Positions 46,268 to 56,989 of a DNA stretch of 56,989 nucleotides are shown piece by piece. Origin of the DNA: Tubiluchus corallicola. Lineage: Eukaryota; Animalia; Priapulida. Within the stretch, counting starts at the first letter, position 1; every line of letters begins with the position of its first letter. The stretch spans positions 1-56,989 of the forward strand of contig JAQGDQ010001184.1 of assembly GCA_030141605.1 (NCBI GenBank). The letters are read 5' to 3'. Made by a program: the position numbers and the translations under genes. The notes beneath the pieces were generated by a model, which was given only the letters and a program-made list of their open reading frames with translations, ran no database searches and was not told where the DNA came from.

Positions 46268-46945
46268 TTAAAGGACAAGAAAAGGGGTACCTCAAGTAGG
46301 TTTCAGAAAAAATGTCTTAAAAAATATATTACTTTGCAGCAATTTTATGCGTATATCGTACTCGTGTTGAAATGATTTTTTGTTTGTTTTCATTTTAAAT
46401 CTCCCACAATACTGTTCCGACGCGCCATTGTATGACGTCATATACGCCCAACGTAAATCAGGGAAAGAAAAGGCAATGTTAAATTGTGTCCCAAGAAACT
46501 TTCCATGCGAATCTGTGTTACTTAGCGTTTCGCTTACCTGCTGGAAAGACTAATATAGCAGGAAAAGAAAATTATTATTTAAAATGCTTTCACTAAATGG
46601 TAAAATGTCGTTGAATCACCCTCCAGGGCGCTCTACTCACTAACCAAAAAAAAAAATGCATTTTTAATCTTATTGACAGCAAAAAGTAATTCAAAATTTT
46701 TCTTAATTTGTGACGTGTGCACTACGAATTCTCTGATTATCTTTTCAAACCTTACTCGGTGTTATCTAAAGTTGTTTCAAATGACTTATCGTCAAAATGG
46801 CTGCGTCTGACAGTCATCGCGGGAGTTTAAATTTACAAGTTTTACACAGCGTTACTGCCGACGCAAGCACTGCATGCTAAAATGCAGTATGCAAGTGTTA
46901 TAAAATTTCAAAACCATTTTTAAGCTTTACGTAAGTGGAGGGTTT
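46268..46945 (+). mobile_element. TTAA MITE family B
   Basis: TTAAAGGACAAGAAAAGGGGTACCT start, colinear with 9875-10500. Confidence 0.85.
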
Positions 46946-47711
46946 TTATAACTCTAGGGCAATTATCAGCTTTAATTTTTAGCAAATCATCTTTGGTGTC
47001 GAGAACTTGAGTTTAAATTTTGGTTCGTTTGTTTGTTTTCTGCTCACTTAATAAGGGAGAGACGTTGTATGAAGCTAAATGAATCTAAAATGTTGTTCTC
47101 GAAAGGTTTATTATTAATATTTGTTCTCCAAATTCGAAGTTTCCTGTATTTTGTTAGTGAAACAAATAAACATTAAATTAAAACACGGCGATGTACTTTT
47201 TCATAATTCCACAAAGATGTAAATTTTATAAAACTCACAAAAATTCCTGTAAAAAATACACTATAAGGTTATTAAACGTCACTTCATTTTACAATTTCAA
47301 TATAATATTATCATTTCCAGGAAACTTATTCCTTATAACGGGGACAAACTATACCTCTTCCCTTTTACTGGGTTAACTTAACGGGGAAAACTCTATTCCT
47401 TAAATGTACCGGGGAAAGAGCTATGTTCCCTCCGGCATTTGGGGAGAAATCTGCACTACCGCCTACTTTGCGGCAGATCAGGTTTTCCCGATTTTCTCTG
47501 CCTAGGACTAAATACCAGGACTTTTTCATTCATCACACACTAAACAACTAATGACGTGTTTAATCCAGTTTTCTATTTACATACGTACACGATGGAAGTA
47601 CAGATGTAATTTATACGCAATTTCGTAGGTACTTCATACTTTATTAACATAATCATCATTAACTTTGGAGACACACGTCGTTTGACATGACCCTCCTAAT
47701 CACTTTAGTCA

Positions 47712-47848
47712 ATGCTGCCCTGTCACCCGCAACCTCCCATTAACTCCATGCTGCCCTGTCGCGCACAACCTCCCATTAACTCCATGCTGCCCTGTCACCC
47801 GCAACCTCCCATTAACTCCATGCTGCCCTGTCACCCACAACCTCCCAT
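47712..47848. repeat. 36-bp tandem repeat, ~3.8 units
   Basis: atgctgccctgtcacccgcaacctcccattaactcc. Confidence 0.95.
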
Positions 47849-47899
47849 GTCTATGTATTTTTGATACATAATGGTGTGTTGATAAGATCATTTTGGATT

Positions 47900-48930
47900 A
47901 AATTGATGTAAGTCAGCAGCTGTCCTCCTTGCGGTTTCTTTTCTTTCTGCACTGCTTCTTTGAAAACTAATTTTAATGGACTGTCATCTGGTAGTCGTAC
48001 AACATGTCCTATCCATCTTAATTATCTCCTTTTAATTTTAATTGTCCATTCCTCTGCCTTGACTTTTTTGAACAGATCCTGGTTTGATATTTTCTTTGGC
48101 CATTTTATTCCTAGAGATTTCCTGTAGTTTCTTCTTTGAAATGCATCAATTTCTGATTCGTGTTTTGATTGTCCATAATTCTCAATTATAGAGAAACACA
48201 GTTTCCACAAGCGCAGCAAAGATTTTTAATTTTGAATCTAAACTGATCCTTTTACTTTCGAAAATTTTTGTTAAATTGGAATATGCAGCTAGTGTTAACA
48301 TTTTTCTCTTTGATGTGTCTTCATCTGTAGCTAGAAGCCTGCCTAAGTATTAACATTTCCTTCACGCATCATCTCCATTCCTATTTATGTGAAACTCTTC
48401 TGTGTTATCTTTATTTAGTATGAGATCCATTTCTTTTAATTTTGTTTCTATTTTGATTTTGATATCATCTGTTTCATCTTTGGTTCTTGCCATCCATACA
48501 ATATCATCAGCATATTGCAGGTCCCCTAGTTGTAGGGAATTTTGTTTCATTAGCATAATTTGGTTCTATTTCTGTTCCCGATAGTAGCTTTTCTGGATCC
48601 AGATTTCTATAATTGTGGTGACAAAGTTCTTTTCGGAGTGTATTGTTCCTATCCATTAATGCTGTAGTAAGGTAAAAAGTGAAGAGAACAGGACTTAGGC
48701 AATCTCCTTGAGGTATTCCCTTATTCGTGGAAAATGAATCACTCAGTCTGCCTTCACATTTAACACTAATTAGAAGATCTTCCAATAATATTGATATCAT
48801 ATGAATTTCGTCGGGATTAAGTATTTCTTGTAAGTAGTATAGCAGTGTCTTTCTTCGAACTGAGTCAACTGCTTTGGACATGTCCATGAATAACATATAT
48901 ATTGAATAATCTGCCGAAGAGATTTTCTGT
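47900..48930 (-). mobile_element. Degenerate RTE-clade LINE reverse-transcriptase fragment
   Basis: Frameshifted pieces DMSKAVDSV, GIPQGDCLSPVLF, QYADD, WPKKISNQDL, LRWIGHVVRL. Confidence 0.88.
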
Positions 48931-49589
48931 TAGTATCTTGCAAATCTATTAGTTAGTTTATTACTACAGTTTAGAAGTACTACAATTTGTGCAATGGTGA
49001 ACATCTTATCTGCTTGCGTAAGCGAAGATTGCTATAAAACATTAATGTGATGTCGCGAAAATAAGCTCTACATCACAATGACGTCACAGACGAACTCTGC
49101 AGTTCATGACCATTATCATAACGGTACCGCGCCTATTTATCGGGCACGCGAATGTGACAAAAAGGTGCCATTGCCAATCTTAGTGGTGCCACTGGCTCGT
49201 GTGTGGCTTTCAAAGTTTAACTAAATTTAACTATCCGAGGTAATTATTATTTAATTCAAACTTTAATTTAAAAAAAACACTTGTAGTTTTTAATAGTTTA
49301 GCATTCTTTATTCTGAACTCGTGTTTACACAATCGTCCGGTTTTCCTTTAAAAATGGTAAATTAGCTGTTTGCTGGAACACTATGAGGATGACTATACCG
49401 ACTCTCTGTGAGTTTAAATAAAACGTTTTGAATTTAAATTTATCATTGATTCAACATCTGTACTACCCAATGCTTCTTCCATGCGCAACGTGTCAAAGTC
49501 GTTAGCAAATGGTTGAAGATGTGGATTTTTAATGACTTTTAAAGATATTTAAACATACTCTCCGAAGATGCTATTGGTCTGGTGTATAA

Positions 49590-50190
49590 TTTAGAGCAAA
49601 ATCGGACCCAATTTTAAACTGTAGGTCAAAACAATCTACTCTTTAAAATATTGAAAGGAAAGGTACTATGCAAAAATGACTTACGTGAAAGAATTATTAC
49701 CACACAAACAATTTTCGCGTTCGCGCCACTAGTTCTTCGCCGTTACGCGCATTTCGCCATTCGCAGGTTCTACTGCCTGCATTTTGGAAACGCGTTTCAC
49801 AAAAAACAGGTGTTGTACCTCTCAGTTCAGATGTGTTAGTTTGTGACGAACTACATATGTTCGACAGCTCATACGTGATAGTGCTACAGCGGTAAATTTG
49901 AAATTTGAATTTTTCTCTTAAAACTTACCCAGTTTTAGTACAACACATTGAATATCTTTGCATTGTACTTCAATTTTCGCTTTCGCAAACACGTGCAACA
50001 CGCTCTTGGAATATTTTTGCTGTTGAGAATTATGTTAGTTTGTGATGCCATCACTTGTTGGGCTCGCCCGTCGTTAACTAAGATTTTAATCTATTGCTAA
50101 ATTATCAGAAACGCTTTTACAATGTTATTTGTGTTAATATGTATACGTTAGATTGGGTAATATATGCAAAATCATCCCCTCTTCCTTTAA
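49590..50190 (+). mobile_element. TTAA MITE family A, full length
   Basis: TTAGAGCAAAATCGGACCCAA ... CTCTTCCTTTAA. Confidence 0.87.
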
Positions 50191-50729
50191 ACAATTTTAT
50201 TTGGTTCCGCAATTACCATTTTACACCTATAACGCCATTCAGTGCGACGTTTTGCTCTTTAAAAGAGAAAAAGCGTTATTGACATTGTTTTATTAACTAA
50301 CATAAATTAACCTCATTTAGAAGTACGCAGAATGTTAATTGGGAAGTATTATTGCTTTTTGTGAACGTAAGTAAAATGGAAAAGCAGTAAAAAGAGTTAC
50401 AAGTAAACACTTTGCGTAAATAAAGATTAAAAATCGTCTTAAACGTTTGCATCATTTACGTGCTGTCTTATTGCCCACAGAGCTTGCGTTAGCGGTAAAA
50501 TTGGCACAAATACTTTAAATTATTAAGTTTTTTCACTTACGCGAGTCTTTCAAACTTGCTAACACAACGCCATGTAATGTGACCTAGTATGGAAAAATTT
50601 TCTGAGAATTACTTTTAAATTCCGTTTTCTTTAAACAGAGTTAAGCTGAATAACGTCAGGCCTTTTCACACTTTGAGCACTATTCACACGAATATCGTTC
50701 CATTGCTCTGACACCGTTATTCCAATATT

Positions 50730-52372
50730 GAATCATTTTTATGTTCAGTGTTCAGGGTAAGTAGGGCTATGAACATTAGTTAGAAAACACAATCATGATG
50801 TTCAGTGTTCAGTGAAAGTAGGGCTATGAACACTATGAAGAAAACGCAATCACGATGTTCAGTGTTCAGGGTAAGTAGGGCTATGAACACTATGTAGAAA
50901 ACACAATCATGATGTTCAGTGTTCAGGGTAAGTAGGGCTATGAACACTATGTAGAAAACACAATCTTGATGTTCAGTGTTCAGGGTAAGTAGGGCTATGA
51001 ACACTATGTAGAAAACACAATCACGATGTTCAGTGTTCAGGGTAAGTAGGGCTATGAACATTAGTTAGAAAACACAATCATGATGTTCAGTGTTCAGTGA
51101 AAGTAGGGCTATGAACACTATGTAGAAAACTAATCATGATGTTCAGTGTTCTGGGAAAGTAGGGCTATGAACACTATGTAGAAAACACAGTCATGATGTT
51201 CAGTGTTCAGGGAAAGTAGGGCTATGAACACTATGTAGAAAACACAATCATGATGTCCAGTGTTCAGGGTAAGTAGGGCTATGAACACTATGTAGAAAAC
51301 ACAGTCATGATTTTCAGCGTTCAGGGTAAGTAGGGCTATGAACACTATGTAGAACACACAATCACGATGTTCAGTATTCAGGGTAAGTAGGGCTATGAAC
51401 ACTATGTAGAAAACACAATCACGATGTTCAGTGTTCAGGGTAAGTAGGGTTATGAACACTATGTAGAAAACACAGTCATGATTTTCAGCGTTCAGGGTAA
51501 GTAGGGCTATGAACACTATGTAGAACACACAATCACGATGTTCAGTGTTCAGGGTAAGTAGGGTTATGAACACTATGTAGAAAACACAGTCATGATTTTC
51601 AGCGTTCAGGGTAAGTAGGGCTATGAACACTATGTAGAACACACAATCACGATGTTCAGTGTTCAGGGTAAGTAGGGCTATGAACATTAGTTAGAAAACA
51701 CAATCATGATGTTCAGTGTTCAGTGAAAGTAGGGCTATGAACACTATGTAGAAAACTAATCATGATGTTCAGTGTTCTGGGAAAGTAGGGCTATGAACAC
51801 TATGTAGAAAACACAGTCATGATGTTCAGTGTTCAGGGAAAGTAGGGCTATGAACACTATGTAGAAAACACAATCATGATGTCCAGTGTTCAGGGTAAGT
51901 AGGGCTATGAACACTATGTAGAAAACACAGTCATGATTTTCAGCGTTCAGGGTAAGTAGGGCTATGAACACTATGTAGAACACACAATCACGATGTTCAG
52001 TATTCAGGGTAAGTAGGGTTATGAACACTATGTAGAAAACACAATCATGATGTTCAGTGTTCAGGGTAAGTAGGGCTATGAACACTATGTAGAAAACACA
52101 ATCACGATGTTCAGTGTTCAGGGTAAGTAGGGCTATGAACACTATGTAGAAAACACAGTCATGATTTTCAGCGTTCAGGGTAAGTAGGGCTATGAACACT
52201 ATGTAGAACACACAATCACGATGTTCAGTGTTCAGGGTAAGTAGGGTTATGAACACTATGTAGAAAACACAATCACGATGTTCAGTGTTCAGGGTAAGTA
52301 GGGCTATGAACACTATGTAGAAAACACAATCACGATGTTCAGTATTCTGGGAAACTAGAACAACGAACACTA
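50730..52372. repeat. 57-bp minisatellite, ~29 units, with ~626-bp higher-order block
   Basis: Unit gatgttcagtgttcagggtaagtagggctatgaacactatgtagaaaacacaatca(t/c); variant gaacattagttag at 50771, 51056, 51682. Confidence 0.97.
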
Positions 52373-52474
52373 TTTAAAACAGACAGTCATGAAAGTAAGG
52401 CTGTACTTATTGTTGCAAGAAGCTACATATGGCAAGGGACGTGATCCAGAGGCTCCCACAAAGCGCCCACAATC

Positions 52475-54130
52475 ATTGTTATTGTTATTGTTTGTTTGTG
52501 TTATTGTTAAATTTCCAAACACGAAAATTACAAAATCAACGCATATCCGATGGTTTTATCAACGGGCAGAGCTCGGGCAATGATTTCCAGATCATACTAA
52601 CAATTTGACTCAACATAGCTGAACAGGTATACACACAGATATACAAATTTAGTTGCAAACTCTATGAAGCGAAAAAGAACTATTTACTAAGCATTTGTAC
52701 ACATGTATTAAACAAATATTTTACCTATATGATAATCTCCGTGATGCGGTTATGTGTCCGCTAACAAAGCTATACTATTTAATTCACAAATCTATGCATA
52801 CAGTCGTAAATGAAATTTCCAATTGACATTAATTCTCCATCAAATAAATTTGCAATATTACTATAATTTAACGCGTACAGTGATGTATAAAGTGCATTTT
52901 CATGGCACTCGCACAAAAAATGCTCTTCTGTCTGAATTTCTACACAAAGACACAGCCTGCGCTCACGAGGTACATTTGCCCAACGACCTGTTTCTATAGC
53001 TAGATTGTATGATGAGACCCTTATTCTTGTGATGATTATACGTGTGTGCTCAGGCAACTCTGTGTTCCCATACATTGGATGCATAGACAAATTGGGATTT
53101 ATTTCCAAATAAGTCTTGCATTTTGTACGATTAGAAGCTCGGACATGAGTCTTTCGTCTCTCTACATCTGCCTGTACGTGATCCGCTGTAGACATAACAA
53201 TGTCTAAATATTTGTATCCCTTTGTTCGTGTATCTTTACATAAATTCCATACCAGCATAAACGGGTCATCCGTCATAGCGTGACGCTGGCTTAGCAACTT
53301 CGAAACGAACTTTTTTTGTACCTTTTTTACCCTCGCTTCAAGTGAGGGCATGCCAAGTTCTAGCAAGCAAACGTCGTTTGTGGTAGATGTACGAACCCCC
53401 AGCAGAGCTTTAATAGTAGTGCGGTACGGAACCTCGCCAATACGGGCACTGCCACATATCCAGGCTTCGCACCCATAAAGTATGGACGAGAGCAATGCAG
53501 ATTCTAGCACCTTCCGTTTTATCCAAAATGGAAAGTCGATGTTCTTGGATACAAAAGAGACAAATTTCATCACGTGTGGCTGCTTGGATTTAAAATGTTC
53601 CCTAACAGCAGCATCGGACGATACATCTTGAGTAAAGACAACCCCCAAATAAGTGTAATCATTGCAATTCAGGACACACACATTGTCAACTACAAGTTCC
53701 ACTCTGTCCGCTAGGGAACCGTTCACCACCATAAATTTTGTCTTCTCTACATTGATGACCATTCCTGATTCTACAGAAAATCCTAAAAGCAAAGAAAGTT
53801 TCTTTATAGCCTCATTTCTAGACGTGGCAAGCAGGACAGTATCATCCATAAGCAGTAAACAATGAACCAAACCAAGAAAGTCATCTATTCCACACACGTG
53901 TTTAATTCGCCTCACAAACGGATTTAGGTACAAGGTAAAAAGAAAACACGATGTCGGGCTTCCCTGACGAAGACCAATAGTTGCTATAATTGTAGCCGTT
54001 CCTAAAATCATCAGCGTATCTGAATATAAGGTACAAATAGCCGCTACCATGGCACATCCACATCCTAAAGCTACCAAAGTAGTGATAATAGCACCACGAG
54101 GTACTCTGTCATACGCTTTGCTAAAGTAAT
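52475..54130 (-). mobile_element. 5'-truncated non-LTR retrotransposon (RTE-X-like LINE): RT, C-terminal Cys/His motif, 3' UTR
   Basis: Open frame FSKAYD..GLRQGSPTSCFLF..LMDD..INVEKTKFM..YLG..ILYGCEAW..LAIETGRW..RLC..EEHFLCEC; stop at 52779; (AACAAT)n tail near 52475-52505. Confidence 0.92.
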
Positions 54131-54237
54131 AGATACAAATAGTGCATCATTCAGTGCTTGCACAGTTGATCAGAGACAAATGCCATAAGTGCAAAAATAT
54201 GGTGGTATGTTCAAAATAAAATTTGTGGAGCAAGTCC

Positions 54238-54855
54238 TTAAAGAAGACAGGATGATTTTTCATGCACTACCCCATTTTCAATTCCGATAAAAGGGTATAT
54301 ATTTTAACACAATACTGCAAAAGCGTTTCTGATAATCAAATAATAGTTTAAAAAGTAAATTAACGGCAGGCGAACCCAATTATTGATGACGTCACAAACT
54401 AACATAATTTTCAACAGCAAAAATATTCCACGAGCGTGTTGCACGTGTTTGCGAAAGCGAAAATTAAAGTACAGTGCTACTGTAAGATATTCAGAGTGTT
54501 GTACTAAAACTAGGCAAGTTTTAAGACAAAAATTCAAACTTGAAATTTACGGCTGTGGTCACGCATGATCTGTCGCGCGTGCGCAGTTCGCCACAAACTA
54601 ACGCATCAGAACTGGAAGGTACAGCACCTGTTTTTGTGCAAAGCCTTTCCGAAATGCAGGCGCTAGTGCCCATCTAACTAGCGAATGGCGAAATGCATGT
54701 AACAGAGAAGAACTGGTGGCGCGAACGTGAAATTGTGTTTGTGTGGTAATAATTCTTTCACGTAAGTCATTTTTGAAAAAACAGTTTCCTTTCAATATTT
54801 TAAAGAGTAGATTGTTATGACTTACAGTTTAACGTTGGGCCCAGTTTTGCTTTAA
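54238..54855 (-). mobile_element. TTAA MITE family A, full length (~618 bp)
   Basis: TTAAAGAAGACAGG ... CCAGTTTTGCTTTAA, TTAA on both sides. Confidence 0.9.
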
Positions 54856-55064
54856 TGAATTTAACATCCTCATATCCTCATAACATCCACAAATATTTAA
54901 GGAAATTGCTTTCTCTGCCTTATCACTGCCAGTGCAACGGAAGTGACAGTAAATCTTGCTATTCATGAGGTAATTGGCAGACTTCGTGACTTCTCGTAAG
55001 CGCGTCGTGACTTTCCGTAAGCGCACCCTGCTTAAACTAATTGAAACTTCTGCATCTTACCTAA

Positions 55065-55207
55065 CGTTCACGTAAAAATGTTACAAAATTAGCTGTCTAA
55101 TTTTTGTATATACTTTTGATGAAGATTGACAGTCGTTATTTTTCTTCAAGACGAATGACGTCATTGGAAGAAGAATGAGTGTTCAAAATGGGACCCTTTT
55201 CCTTTAA
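55065..55207 (-). mobile_element. TTAA MITE family C fragment
   Basis: aatgacgtcattgg core in reverse orientation; ends TTTCCTTTAA. Confidence 0.5.
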
Positions 55208-55299
55208 ACATTTACTATGCCTAATTTTCCTGTGGATTTTTTACACGGCTTCACTAAACCTGTGGCAAAATGGATTCCACGCGATACTTTTAGATCTGT

Positions 55300-55560
55300 G
55301 ATCTTACATTTCTGATCAGCTTTTGGAGTGTCTTGGTCATCGAAGGGAGGATTAACTCGGTTTTGTTGCCGCTTCTACAAAGGATTCTCTCCAGATGTCT
55401 CAATTTGGTTCCCAAACGCCAGAAACTCGATTGTTGAACTGGACTTTTTTAGCTGCGACCCACGGCTTAACCAGGACATTAACAGATGCAGAACCATTTT
55501 TTCCAGGGCTTCTTATCTGTGGATTCGTCTATTATTCTGAAAATAGTATCCGTAAAACTC
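55300..55560 (-). pseudogene. Possible degenerate hAT transposase fragment
   Basis: Manual translation FRIIDESTD then, after a frameshift, IEFLAF..ETSGEN. Confidence 0.3.
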
Positions 55561-55615
55561 TGCAAGATTCAAAAAACATCATACATGTTTCAGTCATCAT
55601 TCAAAAACGTCAAGG

Positions 55616-56989
55616 TCTATACTTTAGCAAAGCGTATGACAGAGTACCTCGTGGTGCTATTATTACTACCTTGGCAGCTTTAGGATGTGGATATGCCATG
55701 GTAGCGGCTATTTGTACCTTATATTCAGATACGCAGATGATTTTAGGAACGGCTACAATTATAGCAACTACTGGTCTTCGTCAGGGAAGCCCGACATCGT
55801 GTTTGCTTTTTACCTTGTACCTAAATCCGTTTGTGAGGCGAATTAAACACGTGTGTGGAATAGATGACTTTCTTGGTTGGGTTCATTGTTTACTGCTTAT
55901 GGATGATACTGTCCTGCTTGCCACGTCCAGAAATGAGGCCATAAAGAAACTTTCTTTGCTTTTAGGATTTTGTGAAGAATCAGGAATGGTCATAAATGTA
56001 GAGAAGACAAAATTTATGGTGGTGAACGGACAGAGTGGAACTTGTAGTTAACAATGTGTGTGTGTGCTGAATTGCAATGATTACACTTAATTGGGGTTGT
56101 CTTTACACAAGATGGATAGCCCGATGCTGCTGTTATTTTAAATCCAAGCAGCCACACGTGATGAAATTTGTCTCTTTTGTAGCCAAGAGCATTGACTTTC
56201 CATTTTGGATAATTAGACGCATGAGGCTAAAAAAGTAGGCTAAAAAAACGTACAAAAAAGTTCGTTTCGAAGTTGGTAAGCCAGCGTCACGTTATGACGG
56301 ATGAGCCGTTTACGTTGGTATGGAATTTATGTAAAGATGCACGAACAAAGGGATACAAGTATTTAGACAGCGTTATGACTACAACGGATCATGTACAGAC
56401 AGATGTAGAGAGACGAAAGACTCATGTCCGAGTTTCTGATCGTACAAAATGCAAGACTTATTTGGAAATAAATCCCAATTTGTCTATGCATCCAATGTAT
56501 GGGAACACAGAGTTACCTGAGCACAAACGTATACTCATCACAAGAATAAGGGTCTCATCACACAATCTAGCTATAGAAACAGGTCGTTGGGCAAATGTAC
56601 CTCGTGAGCGCAGGCTGTGTCTTTGTGGAGAAATTCAGACAGAAGAGCTTTTTTTGTGCGAGTGCCATGAAAATGCACTTTATAGATCACTGTAACCGTT
56701 AAATTATAGTAATATTGCAAATTTATTTGCCGACGGAGAATTAATGTCAATTGGAAATTTCATTTATGACTGTGTGCATAGATTTTTGAATTAAATAGTA
56801 TAGCTTTGTTAGCGGACATATAACCGCATCACTGTGATTATCATATAGGTAAATTATTTGTTTATCAAATGTGTACAAATGCTTAGTTAATAGTTTTTTT
56901 CGCTTCATAGAGTTTAAAACACAATTTGTGTATCTGTGCATATACCTTGTGCAGCTATGTTGGGTCAAATTGTTAGTATGGAAATCATT
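55616..56989 (+). mobile_element. Second, disrupted copy of the same LINE in inverted orientation
   Basis: Near-identical to the reverse complement of 52580-54130 (about 7 differences in the first ~195 nt); frameshifts near 56030-56140 and an internal deletion near 56215; runs to the window edge. Confidence 0.92.

Noticed and set aside
50780-52370. 19-aa repeat membrane protein
   Set aside because: Satellite translation interrupted by frameshifting variant units
55395-56051. 218-aa ORF as a host-RT fusion gene
   Set aside because: Non-ATG start, N-terminal part unrecognisable in this frame, RT part frameshifts soon after; chance read-through into the LINE

Overview
AT-rich, repeat-dense genomic DNA from an invertebrate animal; the taxon cannot be fixed from sequence alone. 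Four protein-coding genes are supported. Two are spliced and largely missed by the ORF track; I assembled them by hand from GT-AG sites with matching intron phases. (1) A minus-strand secreted ZP-domain protein of the cuticlin/dusky type, with 7 coding exons from 15072 down to 419, running off the left edge. (2) An intronless 656-aa class A GPCR (25619-27589, minus) that lacks the aminergic Asp3.32 and has a tail of about 330 aa. (3) A 3-exon, 177-aa secreted protein with two Kazal-like domains (33232-38456, plus). (4) A 293-aa peptide-receptor-like GPCR (45136-46017, plus) in which DRY, Y5.58, CWxP and NPxxY are all replaced; this is the best novelty candidate. The rest is three TTAA-flanked MITE families (Kolobok/T2-like; family A has 8 copies), piggyBac-, pogo- and hAT-like MITEs, LINE fragments (including a large inverted pair at the right end), tRNA-derived SINE-like pieces, about 12 minisatellites and long microsatellites. 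Several repeat-evolution events can be read directly: a minisatellite born from a LINE 3' UTR, nested TTAA insertions, and a filled/empty LINE site. There are no prokaryotic systems or CRISPR arrays. All family assignments come from motif recognition, not database searches.
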